Below are positions 31,901 to 41,745 of a DNA stretch of 64,000 nt, one piece after another. The number at the start of each line of letters is the position of its first letter. The stretch's first letter is position 1. The position numbers and the translations under genes are program-made. Under the pieces are notes generated by a model that ran no database searches, was not told the origin of the DNA, and was given only the letters and a program-made list of their open reading frames with translations. The DNA comes from Prevotella sp. (lineage in GTDB: Bacteria; Bacteroidota; Bacteroidia; Bacteroidales; Dysgonomonadaceae), in the NCBI GenBank assembly GCA_031285625.1, contig JAITVV010000073.1, forward strand, positions 1-64,000, read 5' to 3'.

Positions 31901-32165
31901 TGCTACTCAGGTGTTTTGGCCAAATGATAATCAACAGCCAAATGCTCTGGAAATGATACATAATAAGCAGATAGATCTTGTAGTAAATATACCAAAGAAT
32001 TTTACGACAAGTGAATTGGATAACGGATATAAGATCCGACGCGCTGCTATAGACTTTAATGTACCATTGCTTACAAATTCACGACTAGCTTCAGCCTTCA
32101 TACAAGCATTCTGCAAAATGAGTGTTGACGAACTTGAAATTAAGGCCTGGAATGAATACGACTGA
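28947..32165 (+). CDS. carB: Carbamoyl-phosphate synthase large subunit
   Basis: GEAGEFDYSG, GIHTGES, SRSSALASKATG, second ATP-grasp (RPSYVLSG, GVHSGDA), MGS domain. Confidence 0.98.
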   Translation: MDINIKKVLVLGSGALKIGEAGEFDYSGSQALKALKEEGIETVLINPNIATVQTSEGSADKIYFLPITPYFVEKVIKKEKPDGLLLAFGGQTALNCGVQLYETGILEKYNLRVLGTPVQAIMDTEDRELFIKKLDQIDVKTIKSHAVGTIEDAVTAAAELGYPIIIRAAYALGGLGSGFCDNEQELRVLAEKALSYSSQLLVEKSLKGWKEIEYEVVRDKYDNCMTVCNMENFDPLGIHTGESIVVAPSQTLTNDEFHKLRELSIRIVKHIGIVGECNVQFAFDTESEDYRVIEVNARLSRSSALASKATGYPLAFVAAKLGLGYGLYELKNSVTKSTCAFFEPALDYVVVKIPRWDLGKFHGVSKEIGSSMKSVGEIMAIGRSFEETIQKGLRMINIGMHGFAANKPLEVDNLDEALRNPTDKRIFCIEEAFKRGYTVDQIYDLTKIDRWFLQKLQYIYECSKELEKFDDIQSLPLDLLRTAKQMGFSDFQIAKIVCKEPSLIETVQHDVRRIRKSNGIVPCVKQIDTLAAEYPAQTNYLYITYNGHENDVKYLGDHKSVIVLGSGAYRIGSSVEFDWCSVNALQTVRKEGYRSVMINYNPETVSTDYDMCDRLYFDELTYERVMDIIELENPHGVILSVGGQIPNNLAIRLDQAKVNILGTTAKNIDNAEDRHKFSSMLDRIGVDQPRWKELTSLQDIKGFVDEVGYPVLIRPSYVLSGAAMNVCSNDDELENFLGLAAEVSKKHPVVVSEFVENAKEIEIDAVANKGEIVMYAISEHVEFAGVHSGDATIQFPAQRLYIETVRRIKKVARQVAHELQISGPFNMQFLAKDNDIKVIECNLRASRSFPFVSKVLKINFIDLATQVMLGKNVEKPNKNDFDLDYVGIKASQFSFSRLQKADPVLGVDMASTGEVGCIGDNFYDAMLKSMLSVGYKIPKKTVLFSTGPTKSKVELLQAAKLLHQKGYELYATGGSQKFLVENGIPATQVFWPNDNQQPNALEMIHNKQIDLVVNIPKNFTTSELDNGYKIRRAAIDFNVPLLTNSRLASAFIQAFCKMSVDELEIKAWNEYD

Positions 32166-32183
32166 TAATTAATACTATATTGG

Positions 32184-32220
32184 ATAGCCTCGCAGATCAT
32201 TTGCGGGGCTATTTTATTTT
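32184..32220 (+). terminator. Terminator after carB
   Basis: ATAGCCTCGCAG...TTGCGGGGCTAT followed by T-rich tail. Confidence 0.75.
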
Positions 32221-32371
32221 ATATGTGAAACTCCGTTTTCGAATAGTTTTTGTATTTTTGAGCCCGGTATAATTTAACTATTCTAATGCCATATAATTTT
32301 CAATATTTAGCATTATACTAAAGCAAATAACAATACGTTAATTAAGTAATTATATTTAATAATACACTAAT

Positions 32372-33133
32372 ATGAATAAGAATCTACTCTTTCTATTCCT
32401 TTGTCTGTTTACTGGTAATTTAGCTATCAATGCCCAGGTAAAAAAATTACTTACTGAGATCAATTCAATTCAGACAAAAAACGTGATTACTTTTAAATAC
32501 AACGATAAAAATCAATTAATATATTTTGACGAAAAAGGAACTGTTACCTATCGCGAGTTTACATTAAAATATGACAAAGCCAGCAATCGGTTAACAGAAT
32601 GCTTCATGAACCGTGATAAAGGAGAAATGATCATAAATTCGAAGTTTATATATAACAATGAAGACTATATTACAGAAGAAGCTAAAAACAGTGGCAGACA
32701 GCTCCGAAAAACAACAGAATACAATAAGATATACATAGATGCGAATAACAGATTGACAAAAACAATGTTTGAGGACGGGAAGTTATGGGAGGAATTTGTC
32801 TATGATGCCAGCAATAATCTGTCCAAATATCTGGTGCATTCAGCTTTTGGTAGCAGTGATATAGAGACTGATTACAAGTTTGATACTTATAAAACAATTT
32901 TTTCAAATATAGAAAATATGCCTTCATGGTTCTGGGCATTACATATGAATAATATGAAATGGTGCGGAGACTTTTTAGGACAGAATAATGCAAGGGAGAA
33001 TATAACTCAAGATGCGAGATTTGGTACCGAATCTATTGAAATAACCTATGAATATGACCAGGAAGGGTACCCTGTCAAACAATACTATGATGGGGAGCTG
33101 ATGAAAGAATTTAAATATAAAATAATAAGATAA
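32372..33133 (+). CDS. Secreted hypothetical protein with YD-like beta repeats
   Basis: Signal peptide; repeated F/YxYD motifs (FKYND, LKYD, FVYD, YKFD, TYEYDQEGYP). Confidence 0.65.
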   Translation: MNKNLLFLFLCLFTGNLAINAQVKKLLTEINSIQTKNVITFKYNDKNQLIYFDEKGTVTYREFTLKYDKASNRLTECFMNRDKGEMIINSKFIYNNEDYITEEAKNSGRQLRKTTEYNKIYIDANNRLTKTMFEDGKLWEEFVYDASNNLSKYLVHSAFGSSDIETDYKFDTYKTIFSNIENMPSWFWALHMNNMKWCGDFLGQNNARENITQDARFGTESIEITYEYDQEGYPVKQYYDGELMKEFKYKIIR

Positions 33134-33221
33134 AGAAGCTAATCAGTCTTGTAGGAGTGGTATCAAAGAATCATAATCCTTTTTTCCTTAATGCCAATAA
33201 AGTCTGAGTAGTCTGATAATA

Positions 33222-33248
33222 AAAAGGAGAGTTGGCAACTCTCCTTTT
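33222..33248. terminator. Bidirectional terminator
   Basis: AAAAGGAGAGTTG-g-CAACTCTCCTTTT between convergent genes. Confidence 0.8.
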
Positions 33249-33249
33249 C

Positions 33250-33492
33250 TTATATTTTAGAAAATGTATTATATTTTTTTTCGACTGAAGACTCCCTCAA
33301 TTCTTTCCGAATCCGAATCTCTGCAAAAATAGCAATAGCACAATATATCAAGAAAGGTACTGCTATAAAATATGGAACATAAGCAGCATATTCTCCAAAA
33401 TCAAAATTACCTATCGATAAAATAATTAAATAAAAAAAGAAAATGATATATGATATTCTATGTATTGTTTTATATTTCCTATATTTCTCCAT
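33250..33492 (-). CDS. Small two-TM hypothetical membrane protein
   Basis: ATG start, two hydrophobic helices, stop adjacent to the terminator. Confidence 0.55.
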   Translation of the reverse strand: MEKYRKYKTIHRISYIIFFFYLIILSIGNFDFGEYAAYVPYFIAVPFLIYCAIAIFAEIRIRKELRESSVEKKYNTFSKI

Positions 33493-33680
33493 GATAAATC
33501 AATTTTAAGCATTTACAACCACAAGAAATAAATTATTTGATAATCAACAAATTAGTATAATCATACGCAATCCTTTCTTTAAAATATCTTTTTTATATCG
33601 TGAGGTAAACATAGACCTTAAAAAGCACATTTCCAAATATTTTATACAATCTTTACAAATGGGGTTAAAAGGGTGTAATA

Positions 33681-34550
33681 TTAACTATCCCGATACTCCT
33701 TAGGAGTCATACCAACCTGTTTTTTGAAGAAGCGACCAAAGTATGAAGGGTTAGGAAAACTCAACTCTTCCGAAATTTGTAGAACTGTAAGATTTGTTGA
33801 TTTCAAGAGCATTTTAGCACCTAAAGTAATAGCATCTTCTAACCAGACATTCACTGATCTACCTGTTACTTTTTTCAATGTTTCTGACAGATATTTTGTA
33901 GTAATACATAATTTATCTGCATAAAAAGAAGCAGACCTCTCAGCTTTAAAGTTGTCTTTTAGCAAGAGTAGAAATTGATCTGCTATCTCCTGGCTTCTGG
34001 ATGAAGAGTTATTTACAAACTGTGTGTCTTTTTCAAGATATAACACTGTAAGTTCTGTTGTTAATGAGTATAAAAGCCCTTTAATAACTTGTTTCAGATA
34101 ATCATGCCTTCTATTATTAAATGTCTCTATAATAAAAGAATAGTACCTGAAAATATTCTTGGTGTCTTCTTTCGACGAATTCAGAACAGGATTAGTCGCT
34201 ATCTTTTGAGGAAGATTAAAGTCTTTCAATACAGGCAAGTCTGCTAAATAATCAAACGAGAATGCAAGCAACTCAATGAAGAAATCATCTGTATGATCTC
34301 CTGCCTCAACGATTTGATTCGGGAGCATTGTTATAATTGAATTTTCAGTTATTACATACTCTTTAAAATTAATCTTCATATGCCCTGTTCCCTTTAGGCA
34401 AATCGCCAGAACAATTCCATCAAACGAGAAAGGATGTTCAAATGAAATATTCGTAGAACTATTTTCGCTATCTGATGCAATAAAATTTTCAATTATGTAC
34501 GAAGATGACGATGCGAAATTCTCAAATGTAAGTTGATTTAGTTTTTTCAT
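33681..34550 (-). CDS. AraC family transcriptional regulator
   Basis: FYADKLCITTKYLS and ISEELSFPNPSYFGRFFKKQVGMTPKEYR HTHs. Confidence 0.93.
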   Translation of the reverse strand: MKKLNQLTFENFASSSSYIIENFIASDSENSSTNISFEHPFSFDGIVLAICLKGTGHMKINFKEYVITENSIITMLPNQIVEAGDHTDDFFIELLAFSFDYLADLPVLKDFNLPQKIATNPVLNSSKEDTKNIFRYYSFIIETFNNRRHDYLKQVIKGLLYSLTTELTVLYLEKDTQFVNNSSSRSQEIADQFLLLLKDNFKAERSASFYADKLCITTKYLSETLKKVTGRSVNVWLEDAITLGAKMLLKSTNLTVLQISEELSFPNPSYFGRFFKKQVGMTPKEYRDS

Positions 34551-34622
34551 ACCGAATAATTATAGTGCACATAAAAATAGAATATAAGTTTATATAATAA
34601 GTCATCTATTGTATAAGAAACA

Positions 34623-34794
34623 CGCCAATATGGACATTTTTAAGGAATATTAGATTATAAATAATAATTATTTTTAATTGAGCTTATAAGCCTCACTCAA
34701 ATACACAACAAACAAACAACTGACAATAGGACACTTAAACACAAAAACAAAACTTTAACACATTCATTTAACATATGCGTCAATATGGACATTT
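34623..34794 (+). promoter_or_regulatory. Direct-repeat operator candidates in the araC/marR divergent promoter
   Basis: CGCCAATATGGACATTT (34623) and CGTCAATATGGACATTT (34778), partial GACAATAGGACACTT (34722). Confidence 0.55.
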
Positions 34795-34927
34795 ATGTAG
34801 AAAATAAGATAAGAATAAATCTTCATAAAGCCCAGATATTTGCAAAGGGAAAAGATCAAAGTAAAAACAGCTTATTTTTTTCTAAAGCACATAAGTAAAT
34901 TTATAATAAAACTAATAATAAGTATTT

Positions 34928-35374
34928 ATGGAAAATTTAAAAACTAAAGAAAAGAAATTTTCACGGGTCGACAACCTGATGTGGAAAGTTGCAAAACTTT
35001 TACACAAAAAGAAAAAGATGATATTGGAAGAATTTGATCTGACATGCTCCCAGTTTGATATACTAACAGCAATCTATCAGGCATCAATAAATAAAGAAGA
35101 GGTGATTCAGATCAATCTTTCTGAAAAAACAAATATCGATCCTATGACAACCTCAACCATATTAAGGAATTTACAAAAAAGAGGACTAATAAGGAGAGAG
35201 CGAGGGTTGATAAACACCCGCACCGTAGAAGTAGAACTAACAGAATCTGGAAAAGAGCTATACTGTATGGCGCAAAAAAATATAGAAAAAATGAGAGAAG
35301 ATATCTATCAACACCTAGACCAAAAGCAGTTTACATCCCAGTTATTAATACTATCCGATAAATTAAATAAATAA
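34928..35374 (+). CDS. MarR family transcriptional regulator
   Basis: LTCSQFDIL...IDPMTTSTILRNLQKRGLIRR...R...LTESG winged helix. Confidence 0.9.
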   Translation: MENLKTKEKKFSRVDNLMWKVAKLLHKKKKMILEEFDLTCSQFDILTAIYQASINKEEVIQINLSEKTNIDPMTTSTILRNLQKRGLIRRERGLINTRTVEVELTESGKELYCMAQKNIEKMREDIYQHLDQKQFTSQLLILSDKLNK

Positions 35375-35385
35375 ATTTTTGAATT

Positions 35386-36492
35386 ATGAAATTAATGAAG
35401 ATTGTTTGTGGAGCCTCTGCTCTAATGTTATTTGTTACATCCTGTGGTAGTAAACAGGAATCGTCTGAACAAGTCAATTCTCAAAAATATCCGACGACAG
35501 TGATCAGTGAACAGAATGTAGAACTATCCTCTGTATATCCGACAACAATAAAAGGGCAGGAAGATATTGAAATTCGTCCCCGTATCGATGGATTCATTGA
35601 TGCCATTTACGTGGATGAAGGATCTGTTGTAAGAAAAGGACAGACATTATTTAAAATTAATTCTCCTCAGGCAGAGCAATCATTGACAAGTGCACAGGCA
35701 TCATTGAAGAGTGCACAGGCACAGGTAAACACTGCTAAAGTAAATGTAAACAGAATTCGTCCCTTAGCAGAAAAAGGAATTGTGGGGAATGTGCAGCTGG
35801 AAACAGCAGAAGATTCTTATCAAAGCGCTATGGCAGGACTGGCACAAGCAGAAGCAGCATTAAAAAATGCTCAGGCAACTTTGGGTTGGACAAATGTAAC
35901 CAGTCCGGTTGATGGTCTTATTGGTTCTATTCCTCTTCGTATGGGCAGCCTGGTAAATTCATCAAATGTGCTGACCACCGTTGCTAATACAGGGAATGTA
36001 TATGCATATTTCTCACTGAATGAAAAAGAATTTTCCGTATTCATGAATAACATGGAAGGAAGAAGTCAGGCTGAGAAGATAAAGAATGCTCCTCCGGTAA
36101 TACTCACTCTGGCTAATGGAACGACTTATGAACATACCGGAAGGATAGAGACGATCACCGGTTCTGTAAATATCACTACAGGCACGGTCAGTTTTCGTGC
36201 TGAATTTCCAAATAAGGATGGAGAACTGAAAAGCGGAACAAGTGGAAAGATTACTATTCCCAGACATATCAAGAATACAATAGTTATACCTCAGAAAGCG
36301 ACGTTTGCACAACAGGATAAAACATTGGTATTTCAAGTTCAGGGTGACTCTGTAATCCAAAAAGTAATATCGGTATTATCAACTCCGGACGGAAAAAGTT
36401 ATGTAGTAACTGATGGGTTAAACAGTGGAGACAGAATAGTCACAGATGGTATAGCAACACTTAGTCATGGTAAAAAAATTACCATAGAATAA
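35386..36492 (+). CDS. RND efflux periplasmic adaptor lipoprotein (AcrA-like)
   Basis: Lipobox VTSC, EIRPRIDG, VTSPVDG, TTGTV.FRAEFPN, GL.SGDRIV. Confidence 0.93.
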   Translation: MKLMKIVCGASALMLFVTSCGSKQESSEQVNSQKYPTTVISEQNVELSSVYPTTIKGQEDIEIRPRIDGFIDAIYVDEGSVVRKGQTLFKINSPQAEQSLTSAQASLKSAQAQVNTAKVNVNRIRPLAEKGIVGNVQLETAEDSYQSAMAGLAQAEAALKNAQATLGWTNVTSPVDGLIGSIPLRMGSLVNSSNVLTTVANTGNVYAYFSLNEKEFSVFMNNMEGRSQAEKIKNAPPVILTLANGTTYEHTGRIETITGSVNITTGTVSFRAEFPNKDGELKSGTSGKITIPRHIKNTIVIPQKATFAQQDKTLVFQVQGDSVIQKVISVLSTPDGKSYVVTDGLNSGDRIVTDGIATLSHGKKITIE

Positions 36493-36623
36493 AACTTCAA
36501 TATTTCCACTTCACATTTTACTTTGAGTGAGGTACCGGAAATAAAAATCAATTTAACAAATAGAAAATCAAGTTCCTCAAACTGAGGAATGGAGATCTTT
36601 TTGACTCAATAAACAGAATAATT

Positions 36624-39600
36624 ATGTTAAAAACATTTATAGAAAGACCCGTTTTATCTACCGTAATATCCGTTATTATAGTAGTGTTGGGGATTATTGG
36701 TATTGCAACATTACCGATAGAACAGTACCCTGATATCGCTCCGCCTACCGTCCAGATTCAAGCACAATACCCCGGAGCAAATGCCGATGTGGTAATGAAA
36801 AGTGTGATCATACCTATCGAAGAAGCTGTGAATGGTGTGGAAGGAATGACATACATGACATCTACAGCCTCTAATAGCGGTGTAGCCAGTATCTCCGTAT
36901 TCTTTACAAAAGAGACGAATCCCGATATAGCAGCCGTAAATGTGCAAAACCTTGTTGCTACAGCAACTCCTCTTTTACCTGCTGAAGTAACTCAAATCGG
37001 TGTAACGGTTAAAAAACAATTAAGCAGCTACATTCTGATGATCTCCCTATCCAGTGACAATCCTGATTACGATGGAAGGTTTATTCAGAATTATGCAAAT
37101 ATCAATCTTATACCTCAGATCAAACGTGTATATGGTGTCGGCGACGCTACTGTAATCGGAGCACAGGACTACTCTATGCGTGTATGGCTGAAACCGGACG
37201 TGATGGCTTCATACAAAATCAATCCGGCAGAAGTTATCGCAGCATTACAAGACCAGAACATCGAAGCCGCTCCGGGAGAACTGGGTGCCAATAGTGACCA
37301 GACTTACCAGTATACAATGAAATATACAGGACGGCTGAAATCTGCCGAAGAATTTGATGATATAATTATACGTTCTCAGGATGGACACATCTTAAGATTG
37401 AAAGATGTGGCTGAAGTTGAACTAGGCTCACTCAACTATAGTGTAATAACCCGCACAAATGGAAATGATGCCGTATTTCTGGCCGTAAGCCAGACCTCAG
37501 GATCGAATGCGCAAGAACTGATTAATAATATAAAACAAGTAATTGATCAGGAATCCGAATCTTTCCCTCCGGGGCTGGAAGTGACCTATATGATGGATGC
37601 TAACGAGTTTCTTGGAGCATCAATCAATAAAGTATTACATACATTTGTTGAAGCTCTAATGCTTGTATTCCTTGTCGTATTTATATTCCTGCAGGACTGG
37701 AAATCTACTCTGATACCTGCTATTGCGGTACCTGTGGCAATTATCGGAACATTCTTTTTCCTTCAGGTATTAGGATTCTCTATCAATATTCTTACACTAT
37801 TTGCCCTCGTACTAGCTATTGGTATAGTCGTCGATGATGCCATTATAGTCGTCGAGGCCGTCCATGCCCAAATGGAGAATGGTGAGCAGGACCCTAAAAA
37901 GGCCACTCTGATAGCAATGAAGGAGATTGCTCCGGCTATCGTATCTATTACACTGGTTATGGCCTCAGTATTTATTCCGGTCAGTTTTATTGGAGGTACA
38001 TCAGGCGTTTTCTTCAAGCAGTTTGGTCTTACTCTTGCTGTAGCTATCGTTATATCTGCTGTAAATGCATTGACGCTGAGTCCTGCATTGTGCGCACTAT
38101 TCCTGAAACCTCATGAGGAAGGACACGAAAACAAAAAGAAAAATTTCCTACAACGTTTTTTCTATGCATTCAACATAGCATTCAGTGCCGGAACAAAGAA
38201 ATATAAGTCATCGCTCCAATTCCTCGGTAAAAAGAATCACCGCTGGATAACAGTAGCCATCATAGCCATATTTTCGGTTATATTGGTAGGACTGATGAAA
38301 ATGATTCCTACAGGATTCGTTCCTCAAGAGGATAGTGGCGCCATGATAGGCCTTGTTACTTTACCTCCGGGTTCATCACTCGAAAGATCAGACTCTATAG
38401 TACAGGAAGTAATAAAAATTACAAAAGAGATTGAAGAGATAGATTTTGTTACAGAGATCACCGGGGTAAATTTCCTTAGTGGTCTGGGAGGGCAGGCCAG
38501 TTCATATGCCACTCTGATGATAAAACTAAAACATTGGGATGATCGCGAAACTTCACCTTCTGAAATATCGGCATATCTTACAGAAAAGACAAAGAATATC
38601 CAAAATGCTACATTTATGTTCTTTGGGATGCCAACACTACAAGGTTTTGGTATGAGTACAGGAGTGGAGTTGAAGATGCAGGATAAAACAGGTGGCGATA
38701 TACATGAATTCTATGACCTCACAAATAAGTTCCTTGCAGAAATGAACCAACGCGAAGAGGTAATGATGGCTATGACTACATTCAATCCGAATTTCCCTCA
38801 GCGTAAAATAGAAGCAAATCTGCCTAAAATAAAAGAAGCGGGGCTAAGCCTTGGTGATGTAATGACAACATTACAAGCCTATGTAGGTAGTATGTATGTT
38901 TCCAACTTCAACCTATATGGTAAACAATTCCGTGTGATGGTGCAGTCTCCACCTGAATACAGAGAAAAGCTCGAAGATATGGATGGTATATTTGTAAGAA
39001 CCTCATCGGGTGAAATGGCTCCGATTACTGAATTTATTACCGTTAGCCCTGTTACGGGACCACAAGCATTAACCCGTTTCAATATGTTCCAATCTATGGA
39101 TGTAACTATTATTCCGAATTTCCCAAAAGGATATAGTACAGGAGATGTGATTAATATAGTAGAAGAAGTAGGAAAAGATGTATTACCGACAGGCTATGGT
39201 TATGAATATGCAGGGATGACCCGCGAAGAGACAGGACAGGGTTCACAAGTAATCTTGATATTCGGTATTTGCTTAATATTTGTATACCTATTACTTGCAG
39301 CACTTTATGAAAGTTATATTCTTCCACTTGCAGTAATATTTTCATTACCAATCGGATTAGCCGGAGTATTTATATTCCTGATGATATTCGGTTTGCACCA
39401 AGGTATTGTTAACAATATCTATGTTCAGATATCACTAGTGATGCTAATCGGATTATTGGCCAAAAATGCTATCCTGATTGTAGAATACGCTATTCAACGC
39501 CGCCAACAGGGGCAAAGTATTGTTGAAGCTGCTGTTAATGGAGCTGTAGCCCGCCTCCGCCCTATCCTGATGACATCTTTTGCATTCATCTGCGGACTAC

Positions 39601-39800
39601 TACCTCTGATGTTTGCCAGCGGAGCCGGTGCAATAGGTAACCAATCTATCGGTATCAGTGCTGTAGGCGGTATGTTTGTAGGAACAGTGATAGGCATATT
39701 AGTTATTCCGACACTATATATCCTATTCCAAAGCTTACAGGAACGCTTTAGTGGTAAAGACCCGAGATCAAGTAACAAACAACAATTAATAGAAGAATAA
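36624..39800 (+). CDS. RND efflux permease (HAE1/AcrB-like)
   Basis: FIERPV, QYPDIAPP, AIGIVVDDAIIVVE, GLLAKNAILIVE, RLRPILMTS. Confidence 0.96.
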   Translation: MLKTFIERPVLSTVISVIIVVLGIIGIATLPIEQYPDIAPPTVQIQAQYPGANADVVMKSVIIPIEEAVNGVEGMTYMTSTASNSGVASISVFFTKETNPDIAAVNVQNLVATATPLLPAEVTQIGVTVKKQLSSYILMISLSSDNPDYDGRFIQNYANINLIPQIKRVYGVGDATVIGAQDYSMRVWLKPDVMASYKINPAEVIAALQDQNIEAAPGELGANSDQTYQYTMKYTGRLKSAEEFDDIIIRSQDGHILRLKDVAEVELGSLNYSVITRTNGNDAVFLAVSQTSGSNAQELINNIKQVIDQESESFPPGLEVTYMMDANEFLGASINKVLHTFVEALMLVFLVVFIFLQDWKSTLIPAIAVPVAIIGTFFFLQVLGFSINILTLFALVLAIGIVVDDAIIVVEAVHAQMENGEQDPKKATLIAMKEIAPAIVSITLVMASVFIPVSFIGGTSGVFFKQFGLTLAVAIVISAVNALTLSPALCALFLKPHEEGHENKKKNFLQRFFYAFNIAFSAGTKKYKSSLQFLGKKNHRWITVAIIAIFSVILVGLMKMIPTGFVPQEDSGAMIGLVTLPPGSSLERSDSIVQEVIKITKEIEEIDFVTEITGVNFLSGLGGQASSYATLMIKLKHWDDRETSPSEISAYLTEKTKNIQNATFMFFGMPTLQGFGMSTGVELKMQDKTGGDIHEFYDLTNKFLAEMNQREEVMMAMTTFNPNFPQRKIEANLPKIKEAGLSLGDVMTTLQAYVGSMYVSNFNLYGKQFRVMVQSPPEYREKLEDMDGIFVRTSSGEMAPITEFITVSPVTGPQALTRFNMFQSMDVTIIPNFPKGYSTGDVINIVEEVGKDVLPTGYGYEYAGMTREETGQGSQVILIFGICLIFVYLLLAALYESYILPLAVIFSLPIGLAGVFIFLMIFGLHQGIVNNIYVQISLVMLIGLLAKNAILIVEYAIQRRQQGQSIVEAAVNGAVARLRPILMTSFAFICGLLPLMFASGAGAIGNQSIGISAVGGMFVGTVIGILVIPTLYILFQSLQERFSGKDPRSSNKQQLIEE

Positions 39801-39802
39801 TT

Positions 39803-41227
39803 ATGAAAAGTAAATATATAAAAGGTGTTGTTCTATCAGGGCTTATAGCCCTGATGGGACTCCCATCCTGCCAGGTAATGAATAAATATAAAGCTCCCGA
39901 GGTAGATAGTCAAAATCTATTTAGGGACGAGAACCCCTCTGATACAACAACGATAGCCTCTATTCCGTGGCGTGAATATTTTTCTGATCCATTTTTACAA
40001 TCATACATTGACGAAGCATTAAACAATAACTTCGACATGCTGATTGTTCAGGAACGTATAAAACAAGCTGAAGCAGCATTAGGTATGGCACGTGCAGCTT
40101 ATTTTCCTGATGTGGCACTCACTGCACAGGTAAACCAGACCCGCGCCAGCAATGCCGATCCACTGACAGGCATCCCCCAGGACAAGAACACATTAGGCTA
40201 CCATACCGAAAAATATTCATTGGGTATAGTTGCCAGTTGGGAACTTGATCTGTGGGGCAAAATGAATCGCCAATCGAAATCAAAATATGCACAGATGCTA
40301 AACAGCTATGCCGGACGTAACCTGATACAAACATCTCTGATCTCAAATATGGCTAATATATATTATGCTCTATTGGCATTAGATGAGCAGCTAAAGGTTA
40401 CAAATGATATGATAGTACTTATGGGAGAGAATTTGGTAACAATGGAAGCCCTGAAAGAAGCAGGAATGACCAATGGAGCAGCTGTAGAACAAACAAGGGC
40501 AGCTCTGGCCAGTGCAAAAGCATCTATACCTGATCTGGAGAGTAATATCAGGCAATTGGAAAATGCCATATGTACCATATTGGGACGTAATCCTGGTTCA
40601 ATAGCCAGATCTTCAATTGAGCTACAAGATGTTCCAATAGATTTAGCGCATGGCATTCCAGCTCAGATGTTAGCTCGTCGCCCGGATGTAAACCAGGCAG
40701 AACTGGAGTTTCGTTCTGCATTTGAATTAACGCATGCAGCAAAAGCCAGCTTTTATCCTACGATTACTTTAAATTCAGGAATGATTGGATATTCAACTAC
40801 AAATGGATTAAGTCATTTTTTTAAACCGGAAAACTTATTTGCAAGTATTGCCGGAGGATTGACACAACCTCTTTTTGCCCGCAAGCAACTAATGACACAA
40901 TATAAAGTAGCTAAATCGGAACAACAAATAGCATTGCTAACTTTCGAAAAAACAGTATTAGCTGCAGGACAAGAAGTATCTGATATCTTGTACACTTATG
41001 AATCGTCATTAAGGAAGAATGAGAACCGGAATGTTCAGGTGGAATCATTAACCAAAGCTGTTGACTATACTCATGAATTATTAAAAGCAGGAGAAGCCAC
41101 CTACCTTGAGGTCTTAAGTGCCCAACAAGGCTTGTTGGAAGCTCAACTCAATCAAGTTAGTGATAAGCTACAACAGCTTCAGTCCACATCTGACCTATAC
41201 AGGGCATTAGGTGGAGGAATTGAATAA
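39803..41227 (+). CDS. Efflux outer membrane lipoprotein (OprM/NodT)
   Basis: Lipobox LPSC, SWELDLWG, RRPDV, LYRALGGG. Confidence 0.94.
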   Translation: MKSKYIKGVVLSGLIALMGLPSCQVMNKYKAPEVDSQNLFRDENPSDTTTIASIPWREYFSDPFLQSYIDEALNNNFDMLIVQERIKQAEAALGMARAAYFPDVALTAQVNQTRASNADPLTGIPQDKNTLGYHTEKYSLGIVASWELDLWGKMNRQSKSKYAQMLNSYAGRNLIQTSLISNMANIYYALLALDEQLKVTNDMIVLMGENLVTMEALKEAGMTNGAAVEQTRAALASAKASIPDLESNIRQLENAICTILGRNPGSIARSSIELQDVPIDLAHGIPAQMLARRPDVNQAELEFRSAFELTHAAKASFYPTITLNSGMIGYSTTNGLSHFFKPENLFASIAGGLTQPLFARKQLMTQYKVAKSEQQIALLTFEKTVLAAGQEVSDILYTYESSLRKNENRNVQVESLTKAVDYTHELLKAGEATYLEVLSAQQGLLEAQLNQVSDKLQQLQSTSDLYRALGGGIE

Positions 41228-41235
41228 ATATTAAT

Positions 41236-41289
41236 TCAAATAAAGATAGTCCTGCAAGTTCTAAAACTTACAGGACTATCTTTATTTGA
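41236..41289. terminator. Long bidirectional terminator hairpin
   Basis: TCAAATAAAGATAGTCCTG...CAGGACTATCTTTATTTGA. Confidence 0.8.
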
Positions 41290-41309
41290 TCTGACTTAAT
41301 AAATTAGTT

Positions 41310-41612
41310 TCAACCAAAAATAAACTGATCAATAAACTGATCTCCTTCCCATTGATCTCTACTTTTAATATGAATACCCAGATTATTCAACAAATGCTTT
41401 AGTTCATTACTAATCGCATCAACGTATATAAGGCTGATTTGCTTTAACTTCAAAAGTTTTGAAAAATTATTATTATCATTACTCTCCAATTTAATACTTT
41501 CATAGCCCGAAACCTTTTCTCCTTCCATCTCAAATACATTTATCAATGTATTTTCTTTTATTTCTTTACTCGGTACTCCTTTATCTGTTATTATTGCTAT
41601 AGTCTTTTTCAT
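41310..41612 (-). CDS. Hypothetical protein, possible NifB/NifX (FeMo-cofactor-binding-like) fold
   Basis: KTIAIITD...VFEMEGEKV...LKQISLIYVDAI....K..L...GIHI follows the NifX-family pattern but lacks the HFG motif. Confidence 0.5.
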   Translation of the reverse strand: MKKTIAIITDKGVPSKEIKENTLINVFEMEGEKVSGYESIKLESNDNNNFSKLLKLKQISLIYVDAISNELKHLLNNLGIHIKSRDQWEGDQFIDQFIFG

Positions 41613-41745
41613 ATCTTTCTTTATCAGTGTCTACTATTAGAGACGTCTTTGAAACAAAGAATATTTCAAAAGAGTTCTTTTTTTAAATATATTTTTCATT
41701 CAATTCGATAATTCACAAACAAAACTAAAAAATAGGTAAATAACG

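Noticed and set aside
35680-35725. AGTGCACAGGCA direct repeat
   Set aside because: Encodes the heptad SAQA repeats of the adaptor's coiled-coil hairpin; ordinary.
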